Shown here: piece by piece, positions 17,702-25,557 of the stretch
Layout: each line of letters starts with the position of its first letter
How positions within the stretch are numbered: position 1 is the first letter of the stretch
IMG/VR virus record: IMGVR_UViG_2923355181_000001
Strand: one strand, 5' to 3'
Source of the DNA: a virus
Lineage: Duplodnaviria; Heunggongvirae; Uroviricota; Caudoviricetes
DNA: 42,980 bases
Program-made: the position numbers and the translations under genes
Notes under the pieces: generated by a model
Databases searched by the model: none
Told to the model about the DNA's origin: nothing
Seen by the model: the letters and a program-made list of their open reading frames with translations, nothing else

Positions 17702-17935
17702 TCACTTCTGCAGTATCTCGCCAATACCTGCCAGATTCTCGTCCATCTTGTCACCGTTTTCGATAAGGATGGAGTTGAGCCGATTCAGTTGCATAGCAAT
17801 TTCAAGTTTGATTAAGGTATCCACCGATACACCAGTTTCTTTTGCTAACTTAGTAAGAGCCGCAGCTCGATTGGCTAAATTAAAATCATCGAACTCATAA
17901 CGACTTCTGCACGGCTGGTTGCCTAACGTACCCAT
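17702..17935 (-). CDS. hypothetical small protein (possible DNA-binding)
   Basis: 77-aa ORF with RBS ATGAGGAA; own terminator. Confidence 0.45.
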   Translation of the reverse strand: MGTLGNQPCRSRYEFDDFNLANRAAALTKLAKETGVSVDTLIKLEIAMQLNRLNSILIENGDKMDENLAGIGEILQK

Positions 17936-18178
17936 AGTGATTCCTCATGATATAAAGACCCAACAATATAAATTACCAGGCACATCATAAGATAGGGTTC
18001 CAGCCCATATTTTCAAATATTTGCAAGTATCACCGTTCAGTCTAAAAAGTTGGATGATGATTTAACGAGCCATAACAAAACCCTGCCTCGGAGGTTTTTT
18101 CTTTTTTATAGAACTCAGCGGCGTGAAAACGAATAATAAATTGTGCAAATAGTGCAGTTTTTATTATTCGAGGTAATT

Positions 18179-18820
18179 ATGAAAACCTTCTATGAGGACT
18201 GGCCTGAAACTTTCGTTAGCCGGTTAGATATGTTACGGGCGTTGGATGATCGCGGTTCGACCCGGAGGCTCTATCTTGAACGGACCGGGGCAATATTTGA
18301 CGCTCTGGCAGAAGAGATACGTACAGTCGTTGCCGGGCATCCTGAAATCGACGTGAGTGAACTTGATATCGGGCCGCTGTATCGCTATTACAAACGTGGA
18401 GAAAAGGGGAATCCGCTGGCTGACTTACTTATTGAGTTGGCTCCACCAACTTGTGAACGGGTTCGTATATCTCCTGAAGTGTACATAATCCCGTATCTGT
18501 TTTTTGCACTGTTGATAGCGCAAGGCGCTGACAACGATGCCCGCGATTTTTTCAATATGATGATGCGACCGTTAATCATCGCCTACCGTTTCAAACAACT
18601 GGCGCGATACCTGGGAACAAAGGGCGGAGGACGACCACAGCACAGATTAAAAAGCGAAGCCATTGAACTGGCTGATCGTTTTTTTACTGAAAACCCGACA
18701 GCGCCATTATCGCGTGGCGTGCAATACATATCCGGTATTTTTGTGGCGAAATACTCTGACCCACCTGCAGCGTCGACGATTAGAAAATGGTTAATTCCAA
18801 TTTACAGGAGTGATAAATAA
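18179..18820 (+). CDS. hypothetical protein
   Basis: Track ORF begins GTG 18143; ATG 18179 has GAGGT RBS; 213 aa, no recognisable motif. Confidence 0.5.
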   Translation: MKTFYEDWPETFVSRLDMLRALDDRGSTRRLYLERTGAIFDALAEEIRTVVAGHPEIDVSELDIGPLYRYYKRGEKGNPLADLLIELAPPTCERVRISPEVYIIPYLFFALLIAQGADNDARDFFNMMMRPLIIAYRFKQLARYLGTKGGGRPQHRLKSEAIELADRFFTENPTAPLSRGVQYISGIFVAKYSDPPAASTIRKWLIPIYRSDK

Positions 18821-18931
18821 TGACCATAAACGGTTTAATCCCCTATAAAACCGTTTAATAAAATTCACGACGTGAATATAATTGTTCATTATTCCCTCAT
18901 TGTATTTGGCGTTATGACAAATGCCATAAAA

Positions 18932-18951
18932 TACTGTATAAATATACAGGT
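18932..18951 (+). promoter_or_regulatory. LexA (SOS) box
   Basis: ATACTGTATAAATATACAGG: CTGT-N8-ACAG with A/T-rich spacer, near-perfect match to TACTGTATATATATACAGTA; about 20 nt upstream of ORF start 18972. Confidence 0.7.
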
Positions 18952-18971
18952 TGTGGCATTGGGGGGAAGAC

Positions 18972-19151
18972 ATGAATATTCAAGAATCTATAGGCGAACT
19001 ACCGGAAACATGCCGGGCTGTTATCAAGCGTAAGGACGGACACATCGTTGGTGTGCGTGTTCTGACCGATGATGAGCGGATTGCCAGCCTGATGGCGTTT
19101 CTCGAGTTGGCAGAAATAGCTGGATATACTATTACACCCCCTGACGCGTAA
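18972..19151 (+). CDS. small LexA-controlled protein, candidate antirepressor
   Basis: 59 aa from ATG 18972 with G-rich RBS (track ORF from TTG 18951); LexA box overlaps its promoter region. Confidence 0.5.
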   Translation: MNIQESIGELPETCRAVIKRKDGHIVGVRVLTDDERIASLMAFLELAEIAGYTITPPDA

Positions 19152-19228
19152 AACACGGTATAATATCGGTGCTGGATTGAACACCCGGCACCATTTTCTG
19201 AACACTGCCGCGCCACCTGGAGTTAACC

Positions 19229-19825
19229 ATGGCGCAGCATTCATTTATCAGGGTATCCGGCGGTTCGCTAATACCCGCGACACCAGACACGCAACGCTGG
19301 TTGACTGAACGAGTCAAACCAGGTGCTGTTGTGTATGCAGATTTCAAACAGGCGCGTAATCCCGCGTTTCATCGTAAATTTTTCTCACTTCTCAACCTGG
19401 GCTTTGATTACTGGCATCCGTCCGGAGGGGCTATTTCTCCTGCGGAGCGCGAACTGGTTCACGGCTACGTTAAGTTACTGGCGTATTACGGTGGACACGG
19501 TGATGTCATGGCAGAGCTGGCTGATCAGTATCTTCTCGATGAGTCGGAAAAGCGCGCGGGGAGTATCAGTGCGGTGAAGTCGTTCGAGGCGTTTCGCGCA
19601 TGGGCGATTATGGAAGCTGGGTTTTATGACGTTCATCAGATGCCAGACGGCAGTTTGATGCGCGTACCTCGTTCAATCTCGTTTGCAGCGATGGACGATC
19701 TTGAGTTCGGTCAACTGTATTCAGCCGTTTTAGATGTGCTGTGGAATTATATTTTGTTCCGCACATTTGCCTCTCAGGAGGCCGCTGAAAATGCCGCCGC
19801 GCAGCTGCTGGATTACACATCATGA
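19229..19825 (+). CDS. DUF1367-family phage protein (YbcN-like)
   Basis: 198-aa ORF with FFSLLNLGFDYWHPSGGAISPAERELV segment resembling YbcN-type nin-region proteins. Confidence 0.6.
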   Translation: MAQHSFIRVSGGSLIPATPDTQRWLTERVKPGAVVYADFKQARNPAFHRKFFSLLNLGFDYWHPSGGAISPAERELVHGYVKLLAYYGGHGDVMAELADQYLLDESEKRAGSISAVKSFEAFRAWAIMEAGFYDVHQMPDGSLMRVPRSISFAAMDDLEFGQLYSAVLDVLWNYILFRTFASQEAAENAAAQLLDYTS

Positions 19826-20115
19826 AAAAAATCGACCTGAGAAAAGCTGCACGCAGTCGCGCTTGTACTGTGCGTATCCCCGGTGTGTGCAATCACAATC
19901 CTGAAACCAGCGTACTGGCTCATTATCGTCTCGCCGGAACGTGCGGCACAGCCATCAAACCTCACGATATGCAGGGCGCTATCGCCTGCAGTGCGTGTCA
20001 CGATGCCATCGACGGACGTACAAAAACGGATTACGAGCACGACTCATTGTTGTTGATGCACGCTGAGGGAGTTTTCAGAACACTGGCTATCTGGCGCGAT
20101 GAGGAGTTTATCTGA
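19822..20115 (+). CDS. DUF1364-family Cys-rich protein (YbcO-like)
   Basis: 97-aa ORF with CTVRIPGVCNHNPETSVLAHYR and CSACHDAIDGRT cysteine clusters; ATGA coupling. Confidence 0.55.
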   Translation: MKKIDLRKAARSRACTVRIPGVCNHNPETSVLAHYRLAGTCGTAIKPHDMQGAIACSACHDAIDGRTKTDYEHDSLLLMHAEGVFRTLAIWRDEEFI

Positions 20116-20786
20116 TGAGTAACGAGTATTTATTGGAATATACCCGCATAAAACTGCGCGCTGCATTGCGGGATTTGTCTGGTGGTTCTAAGGGGCAACT
20201 GGAAGCATTGTGTGAGCACCCACCGGCAGACAAAAACGCATACCCACGCAAACATATTCACCGTGTGCAGCTGGAGGACCGGACCGTTGATGCTCTGGTT
20301 ACGCCAGTTTACGCTCTGGAAAGTTTCAGCAGACGTCGCCCCGCGCCGCCGATGAGTGATTTTGAATTTGCTGATTCATCCTGGCGGCGTTCTGTGAACT
20401 CGCTGGATGCAAGTCAGCAAGCGTGGTTGCGTTATTGCTACGGTGGTAACCTGGCATTCAAACACCAAACAGCTATTTGTGAGGCTGTCTGGAGTCGCTA
20501 TAAAGGAAACATCCCCGCGTCAACTCAGAGAAAAGTAGTTAAGCGCCTGCTTTCGTTGGTGTGGTTGTCCGTGCAGGCGGTCGCAGCAGCAAATAAACGC
20601 GAGGATTTTAAGGAGATGGCCGGATCTACCCTAGCAGGAATGCTGTCGGTTTCTCGTTCCACCTGGTGCGAAACATACTCCCTGCACTGGGTAGGAATGA
20701 AAGAGGCGGTGAGAGCACTTGATGAAGTGGCACTTCTTGCAACTTTGCATCATTATCAGAACCATTTAGACGACGTTTGCGTATAA
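20115..20786 (+). CDS. late-gene antiterminator Q-like protein
   Basis: 223-aa ORF directly upstream of a promoter/terminator pair and the lysis cassette; assignment mainly positional. Confidence 0.5.
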   Translation: MSNEYLLEYTRIKLRAALRDLSGGSKGQLEALCEHPPADKNAYPRKHIHRVQLEDRTVDALVTPVYALESFSRRRPAPPMSDFEFADSSWRRSVNSLDASQQAWLRYCYGGNLAFKHQTAICEAVWSRYKGNIPASTQRKVVKRLLSLVWLSVQAVAAANKREDFKEMAGSTLAGMLSVSRSTWCETYSLHWVGMKEAVRALDEVALLATLHHYQNHLDDVCV

Positions 20787-20854
20787 TGCTTGCAAAAACG
20801 AACAAAATAGGCCATATTTGACGCTAATTTGGTATGTTGCCAAATTTCTAAGAA

Positions 20855-20883
20855 CCTCGCCACGGCGGGGTTTTGTCGTTTCT
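20855..20883 (+). terminator. intrinsic terminator downstream of candidate late promoter (tR'-like)
   Basis: CCTCGC-caCG-GCGGGG hairpin followed by TTTTGTCGTTTCT; TTGACG -35-like element about 35 nt upstream. Confidence 0.55.
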
Positions 20884-20898
20884 GAATCAGGAAAAATC

Positions 20899-21282
20899 AT
20901 GTCTGAACCTCTAACCGCTGGCGTTGCTGCTGGCTCGGCGGGGGTGACGTTTGCTGCGTTATTTCCTGAGGCAACACCTGCAGTGATGATCTGTGCGCTG
21001 GCAGGCGCAGCTCTCTATGTGTTGTCGTCCGGGCAGCATCGATTCTGGAAGCAGGTTATTTTCGCACTCATTTCGTTTGTTGGCGGTGTGTATTGCGCTG
21101 AGACAGCGTCAGCCATCATTACCGGTATTCTGAACGCGGTGCTGAGTCACCTGAACCCTCCCGTAACAGTAAAAGTCTCTCCCGCCATTGGTGCACTGGT
21201 TGCATCAGTAATCAGCGTTACATCACTGTTGCGGATCATGTCACAAGCTCGTTTATGGAAATCAGATAAGGGGATGAAATAA
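20899..21282 (+). CDS. holin-like membrane protein
   Basis: 127 aa from ATG 20899 (track ORF from TTG 20818); multiple hydrophobic segments; first gene of lysis cassette. Confidence 0.55.
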   Translation: MSEPLTAGVAAGSAGVTFAALFPEATPAVMICALAGAALYVLSSGQHRFWKQVIFALISFVGGVYCAETASAIITGILNAVLSHLNPPVTVKVSPAIGALVASVISVTSLLRIMSQARLWKSDKGMK

Positions 21283-21554
21283 TGACCCTGCACTCTGTCC
21301 TCATCAATGCCAATGCAATTATTTGTCTGATGTTGGCACTACGGTTGATGTTTTTTCAAAAAACAGGCCGCTATCGTTTTTTCATCTCACTAACTGCTTA
21401 CCTCGCGATTCTGTCTGCTGCGTGGATAGCCCTACGAATTTTTTACGGGAAATATACGCAGGTTGATCCCGCAGAGTTCTTTCTCAACCTCACCATCTGT
21501 ATTGCTGTCTGGCGGGCACGAGGGAATATTTCAAAAATAACAGGAGACAGGTAA
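21282..21554 (+). CDS. second holin-like small membrane protein
   Basis: 90 aa with about three hydrophobic helices; TAATG coupling; AAGGGG RBS. Confidence 0.5.
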   Translation: MTLHSVLINANAIICLMLALRLMFFQKTGRYRFFISLTAYLAILSAAWIALRIFYGKYTQVDPAEFFLNLTICIAVWRARGNISKITGDR

Positions 21555-22033
21555 TGACGGATCCTAAATGGCTAATCGAGGCTCGAAAAAACCTCGGCAT
21601 TCGGGAAATGAAAGGGAAGCAACATGCTGCAGAAATTGTGCAGTACTGGAAAGATATCAAACGCGGCGGCATTAAGGATGACGAAACACCGTGGTGCGCT
21701 GCTTTCACCGGGGCAATGCTGGAACGTGCGGGTATTCGCTCAACGCGTTTTGAGTCTGCGAATTCTTATCTCGATTGGGGTAATGAACTGAAGGAACCCG
21801 CCTATGGATGCATTGCTATTCTGTCTCGGTCTGGCGGTGGTCACGTCGGCTTTGTTGTCGGGAAAAATGCCGCCGGGGATTTAATGATTTTGGGGGGCAA
21901 CCAGGCAGATGAAGTAAATATCAAAGCTTTTCCTCGTTCCCGCGTAACAGGCTACCGCTGGCCAGCAGGTCAAACGGATGTTCCACAATCACTTCCATTG
22001 GTGAATGCTGAGAAATCTATCTCAGAAGCGTAG
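21554..22033 (+). CDS. endolysin, cysteine-peptidase type (CHAP/NlpC-P60-like)
   Basis: 159 aa; candidate catalytic Cys in ETPWCAAFTGA and His in GGGHVGFVVG; position after holins. Confidence 0.6.
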   Translation: MTDPKWLIEARKNLGIREMKGKQHAAEIVQYWKDIKRGGIKDDETPWCAAFTGAMLERAGIRSTRFESANSYLDWGNELKEPAYGCIAILSRSGGGHVGFVVGKNAAGDLMILGGNQADEVNIKAFPRSRVTGYRWPAGQTDVPQSLPLVNAEKSISEA

Positions 22034-22040
22034 GTAAAAC

Positions 22041-22235
22041 GTGAAAAAACTTCTCTTAGCTGTCGCGTTCTTCACGCTGGCAGGCTGCACACATTCGACA
22101 TACACCGAAGCGACTCGCGCTGACGGCAGCAGTATTAAACACGTGATGATCGCGCCGGGTACGAAGATTACTACTGCGAACGGTGGTTGTATTGATTCAA
22201 CCGGGGCAGAGGCTTCATGCCTTGGTGGAAAATAG
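22041..22235 (+). CDS. small lipoprotein (possible o-spanin-like lysis accessory)
   Basis: GTG start; MKKLLLAVAFFTLAGC signal peptide and lipobox; follows endolysin. Confidence 0.45.
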   Translation: MKKLLLAVAFFTLAGCTHSTYTEATRADGSSIKHVMIAPGTKITTANGGCIDSTGAEASCLGGK

Positions 22236-22294
22236 GGTAATTTACTTTAACGAGAGGCCGCCTTTTTGTTTTAAGGCGGCACACATTCAACAGA

Positions 22295-22555
22295 TTAAGG
22301 TAACTGATTTGACCATTTTGTTGCGCGCCAGTTGTTCTGAACCATAATCTTCTGAAGTATCTCATCTGAAGGCTCTGCTTCGCCGCTTAGCCATTCTCTT
22401 AAAGTTGAACAATTTAGATAAGAGGAGTTCGCACGATAAAAAGATACGATGGCGTCCTCTGATAACTTCTCAGGAAACTTTTTTGGGTCAGCTTCTTTTA
22501 ATATTACGCTCATTAAGGCTTCAATTTTTTCTCTGTTCATTTTTTGCGTTCTCAT
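22295..22555 (-). CDS. hypothetical protein, opposite-strand moron between lysis and packaging modules
   Basis: 86-aa ORF antisense to all flanking genes; occupies the position where lambda carries bor. Confidence 0.4.
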   Translation of the reverse strand: MRTQKMNREKIEALMSVILKEADPKKFPEKLSEDAIVSFYRANSSYLNCSTLREWLSGEAEPSDEILQKIMVQNNWRATKWSNQLP

Positions 22556-22908
22556 GGTTGTTGTTTTTCTGTAATGATATCAATAAGTTCAAGATATATA
22601 CATATATGGAAAACTTGTTCGGTAGTCTATCGATACAGCACAAAAGGATGGCTCGCTGCCAAAGTGAAAGCTTACGCTGATAATCAGATACACAAAGCTG
22701 ATGTATGCAAACAAGTACGCCGCGAGGCTACAGTTGAGTTTGATGAACCTGATGCGAGCCCCTAATTCCTGTCCTGAAAGGGAGATAGCCCCCTGGTCGC
22801 GGGTCCTTTCCGAAATCCAAAACACCGAGGGTCGGTAGACGCGCAAAAACTCGCTCGTTTTTAGTATTTTTTCATTTTGGGTATTTCCGGTTCCGGTGAG
22901 GATTTTTA

Positions 22909-23475
22909 ATGGCAAGTCAGGCTGAGGTTGCAGCACATTTACTGCTATCTGATCGTCGTCTGCGCGATCTCGCAAAACTTCCGGGAGCACCAGTCCCACA
23001 AGGACGTGGTGATTGGGAGCTAGACGCATGGCGCCATTTTTATATTCGTTATCTCCGGAGCAATAGACGCGACACAACTAGTAATGACGAACCGGAAGCG
23101 GGGGACAATTCTCCCGAAAAAAATCGCGAGCAGTGGCTGAAAAATGAGGAACGACAGGAGCGAATCCTGATGGCACGAGTAAAACGCCGCATTCTCGCTA
23201 AACGCTACGCGCCAATTGAATTAATTAGCGTCGCTGTATCTCGCGTCGCCGTTGAATTACGTACCCGCGTCGAGTCGTGGCCACCACGCCTGAAAAAGGT
23301 CTGGCCGGAGATGCCGCAAGAGGCGAGCAGTGTATTACGAGAGGAGCTGGCGATAGCCTTAAATGAGTTGTCAGACATACGAATCGACTTCAGCGATTAC
23401 GATGTCAGCGATATCGAACGCGATCTCGACAGGGTTGAATCCCTTGCGCGTGACGATACCGATGACGGGTGTTGA
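22909..23475 (+). CDS. terminase small subunit
   Basis: 188-aa ORF immediately upstream of and overlapping the gpA-like large terminase; GAGGA RBS. Confidence 0.6.
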   Translation: MASQAEVAAHLLLSDRRLRDLAKLPGAPVPQGRGDWELDAWRHFYIRYLRSNRRDTTSNDEPEAGDNSPEKNREQWLKNEERQERILMARVKRRILAKRYAPIELISVAVSRVAVELRTRVESWPPRLKKVWPEMPQEASSVLREELAIALNELSDIRIDFSDYDVSDIERDLDRVESLARDDTDDGC

Positions 23476-25324
23476 GTGGGCTGATAAATATTTTTATCTC
23501 CCTGAGGGCTCCAGCCACATCGCTGGGCACTGGACGACTCAGCCGGTCCAGGTAGTGATGCTCAATATGATGACGAACGACGCGATAAAAATCGTGTCTG
23601 TTCGCAAATCAGCTCGTCTCGGTTATACAAAAATACTCGTCGCGGCGCTGCTCTATTTCGCTGAGCACAAAAAACGTAGTGCCGTGGTCTATCAGCCTAT
23701 CGATGACGAATCGGATGGATTTGTCGCCGACGAGGTTGACCCCGCTATCGCCGAAATGCCAGTGATTCAGAAAATTTTCCCCGACTGGGATAAAAGCAAC
23801 GAGCGTAACAATCTCCAGCGTAAAGAAATGAGCGGCGCGATTCTTGATTTTCGCGGCGCGAGTGCACCAGGAAATTTCCGGCGACTAACGAAACAGGTTG
23901 TCGAGGGTGACGAAGTTGACGGCTGGCCGCTGGAAGTTGCCAAAAAAGGCAAAGGCGAGGGCTCGCCCATCGAACTGGCGCTCGTTCGAATTAAAGGGGC
24001 AGCGTACCCGAAGGCGATTTTTGGTTCGACGCCGACCGTTACCGGCAAAAGTCATATCGAAATGCTCGAAGACGCTGCCGATCTGACGTTTCGTTTTTAC
24101 CTGACATGTCCGCATTGTGGCGAGGAGCAGGTCCTGGTATTTGGTTTCGACGGTATCGAATACGGCCTCAAATGGGATAACAGCCTGCAGACCAATGAGG
24201 CGAAATCGTCGTCCGCGTATTACCAGTGCTGCCACTGCCCGGAACATTTTTACTATCGCGATCTCGAAAAAATGGAGTTCGGGGGGCGCTGGATAGCCGA
24301 GGACTGCACCTGGACCCGAGACGGCATTCATTTTTTTGATCATGACGGTGGCGTCGTTCGCGCGCCGAAACACGCTGCGATCGTGATAAACGCCCTGTAT
24401 TCACTAAACCTCGATGGATGGGGCGAGATTGTCAGCGAGTGGCTGAAAGCGAAAGGCGACCCGCTCAAGGAAAAGACGTTTCATAACACGACGCTCGGCG
24501 AACTCTGGAGCGACGTGGCCAGCGAGCAGCTGGAGCACGATATTCTGGTTAATCGCCGGGAAAAATACGCCAGCCAGGTTCCTGACGGTGTTGTTTATAT
24601 AACCGGCGGCATCGACTCTCAGACGTCCGGGCGCTACGAGTGTTATGTGTGGGGCTGGGGAGCCGAGGAGGAGTGCTGGCTGATTGATAAAACAATCGTC
24701 CTCGGTCGCTACGACGAGGAGGACACGCTGCAGCGCGTCGACGGAGTGATTCGCAAACAATACCGGCGCAGCGACGGGACCACAATCGGCGTCAGTCGCT
24801 GGGCGTGGGATACCGGTGGTATAGATGCGCAGGTCGTTTATAACCGCTCGCTGAAACTCGGTCCGCTGTGGGTCATTCCAATCAAGGGCGCGAGCTCATA
24901 CGGCCAGCCGGTCGTAAATATGCCTCGTACCCGTAACGCGAATAAAGTGTATTTGTCGTTGATTGGGACAGATACAGCGAAAGACCTGCTCGCAATGCGC
25001 CTGCAGCTGGAACCCGACTCCAAATCGGCGACACCAGGTGCGATTCATTTTCCCAACGACGACGAAATATTCAGCACGACAGAGGCAAAACAGCTCGTCT
25101 CCGAGGTTCTGATCCCGAAACTCATTAACGGTCGCGTCGTTTATCGTTGGGACAACCAGGGCCGGCGAAATGAGGCGCTCGACTGCTGGGTGTACGGACT
25201 GGCAGCGCTGCGTATCAGTAAAATTCGTTTCCAGCTCAATCTCGAGACGCTCGCTGAGCAACGGAAAAAATCACAAAACAAACTGTCTCTCGAGGAGATG
25301 GCCAGAATGCTCGGAGGGAGCTAA
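23363..25324 (+). CDS. terminase large subunit, lambda gpA family
   Basis: Extensive resemblance to lambda gpA (TGVEWADKYFYLP, CPHCGEEQ, KTFHNTTLGE, WGWG..E.WLID, IPIKGAS.YG.PV, GTDTAK, RNEALDC.VY.LAALRIS); start uncertain (23363, 23402 or 23462). Confidence 0.93.
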   Translation: MSCQTYESTSAITMSAISNAISTGLNPLRVTIPMTGVEWADKYFYLPEGSSHIAGHWTTQPVQVVMLNMMTNDAIKIVSVRKSARLGYTKILVAALLYFAEHKKRSAVVYQPIDDESDGFVADEVDPAIAEMPVIQKIFPDWDKSNERNNLQRKEMSGAILDFRGASAPGNFRRLTKQVVEGDEVDGWPLEVAKKGKGEGSPIELALVRIKGAAYPKAIFGSTPTVTGKSHIEMLEDAADLTFRFYLTCPHCGEEQVLVFGFDGIEYGLKWDNSLQTNEAKSSSAYYQCCHCPEHFYYRDLEKMEFGGRWIAEDCTWTRDGIHFFDHDGGVVRAPKHAAIVINALYSLNLDGWGEIVSEWLKAKGDPLKEKTFHNTTLGELWSDVASEQLEHDILVNRREKYASQVPDGVVYITGGIDSQTSGRYECYVWGWGAEEECWLIDKTIVLGRYDEEDTLQRVDGVIRKQYRRSDGTTIGVSRWAWDTGGIDAQVVYNRSLKLGPLWVIPIKGASSYGQPVVNMPRTRNANKVYLSLIGTDTAKDLLAMRLQLEPDSKSATPGAIHFPNDDEIFSTTEAKQLVSEVLIPKLINGRVVYRWDNQGRRNEALDCWVYGLAALRISKIRFQLNLETLAEQRKKSQNKLSLEEMARMLGGS

Positions 25325-25557
25325 TGACGTCGCGCGAGGTTTTAACAGAACGACTGCTGGAAGCGGAAATCGCTCTGCACAAATTATTAACGGGTAAATC
25401 GACCGTGTCGCTGTCTCACGGCGATTCAGCAGGAAATAACCGGAGCTATCAATACTCGCAGGCGAGTATTGAGCAGCTCCGAACGTACATTATCGAGCTG
25501 AAATCACAGCTCGGTCTGAGTACGGGACGCCGTCGGCCCGTGGGAGTTCGATTATGA
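25324..25557 (+). CDS. head-tail connector protein, lambda gpW-like
   Basis: 77 aa; LLEAEIALHKLLTGK...QLRTYIIELKSQLG resembles lambda W. Confidence 0.8.
   Translation: MTSREVLTERLLEAEIALHKLLTGKSTVSLSHGDSAGNNRSYQYSQASIEQLRTYIIELKSQLGLSTGRRRPVGVRL

Noticed and set aside
22041-22235. Calling the 64-aa lipoprotein a definite Rz1 o-spanin
   Set aside because: It lacks the proline-rich character of Rz1 and no embedding Rz frame was found; left as a generic lipoprotein.
22589-23077. 162-aa minus-strand ORF
   Set aside because: Overlaps the cos-like region and the small terminase start; translation not protein-like.
23767-25261. Multiple antisense ORFs inside the large terminase gene
   Set aside because: Shadow ORFs in GC-rich coding sequence; the gpA-like frame is unambiguous.
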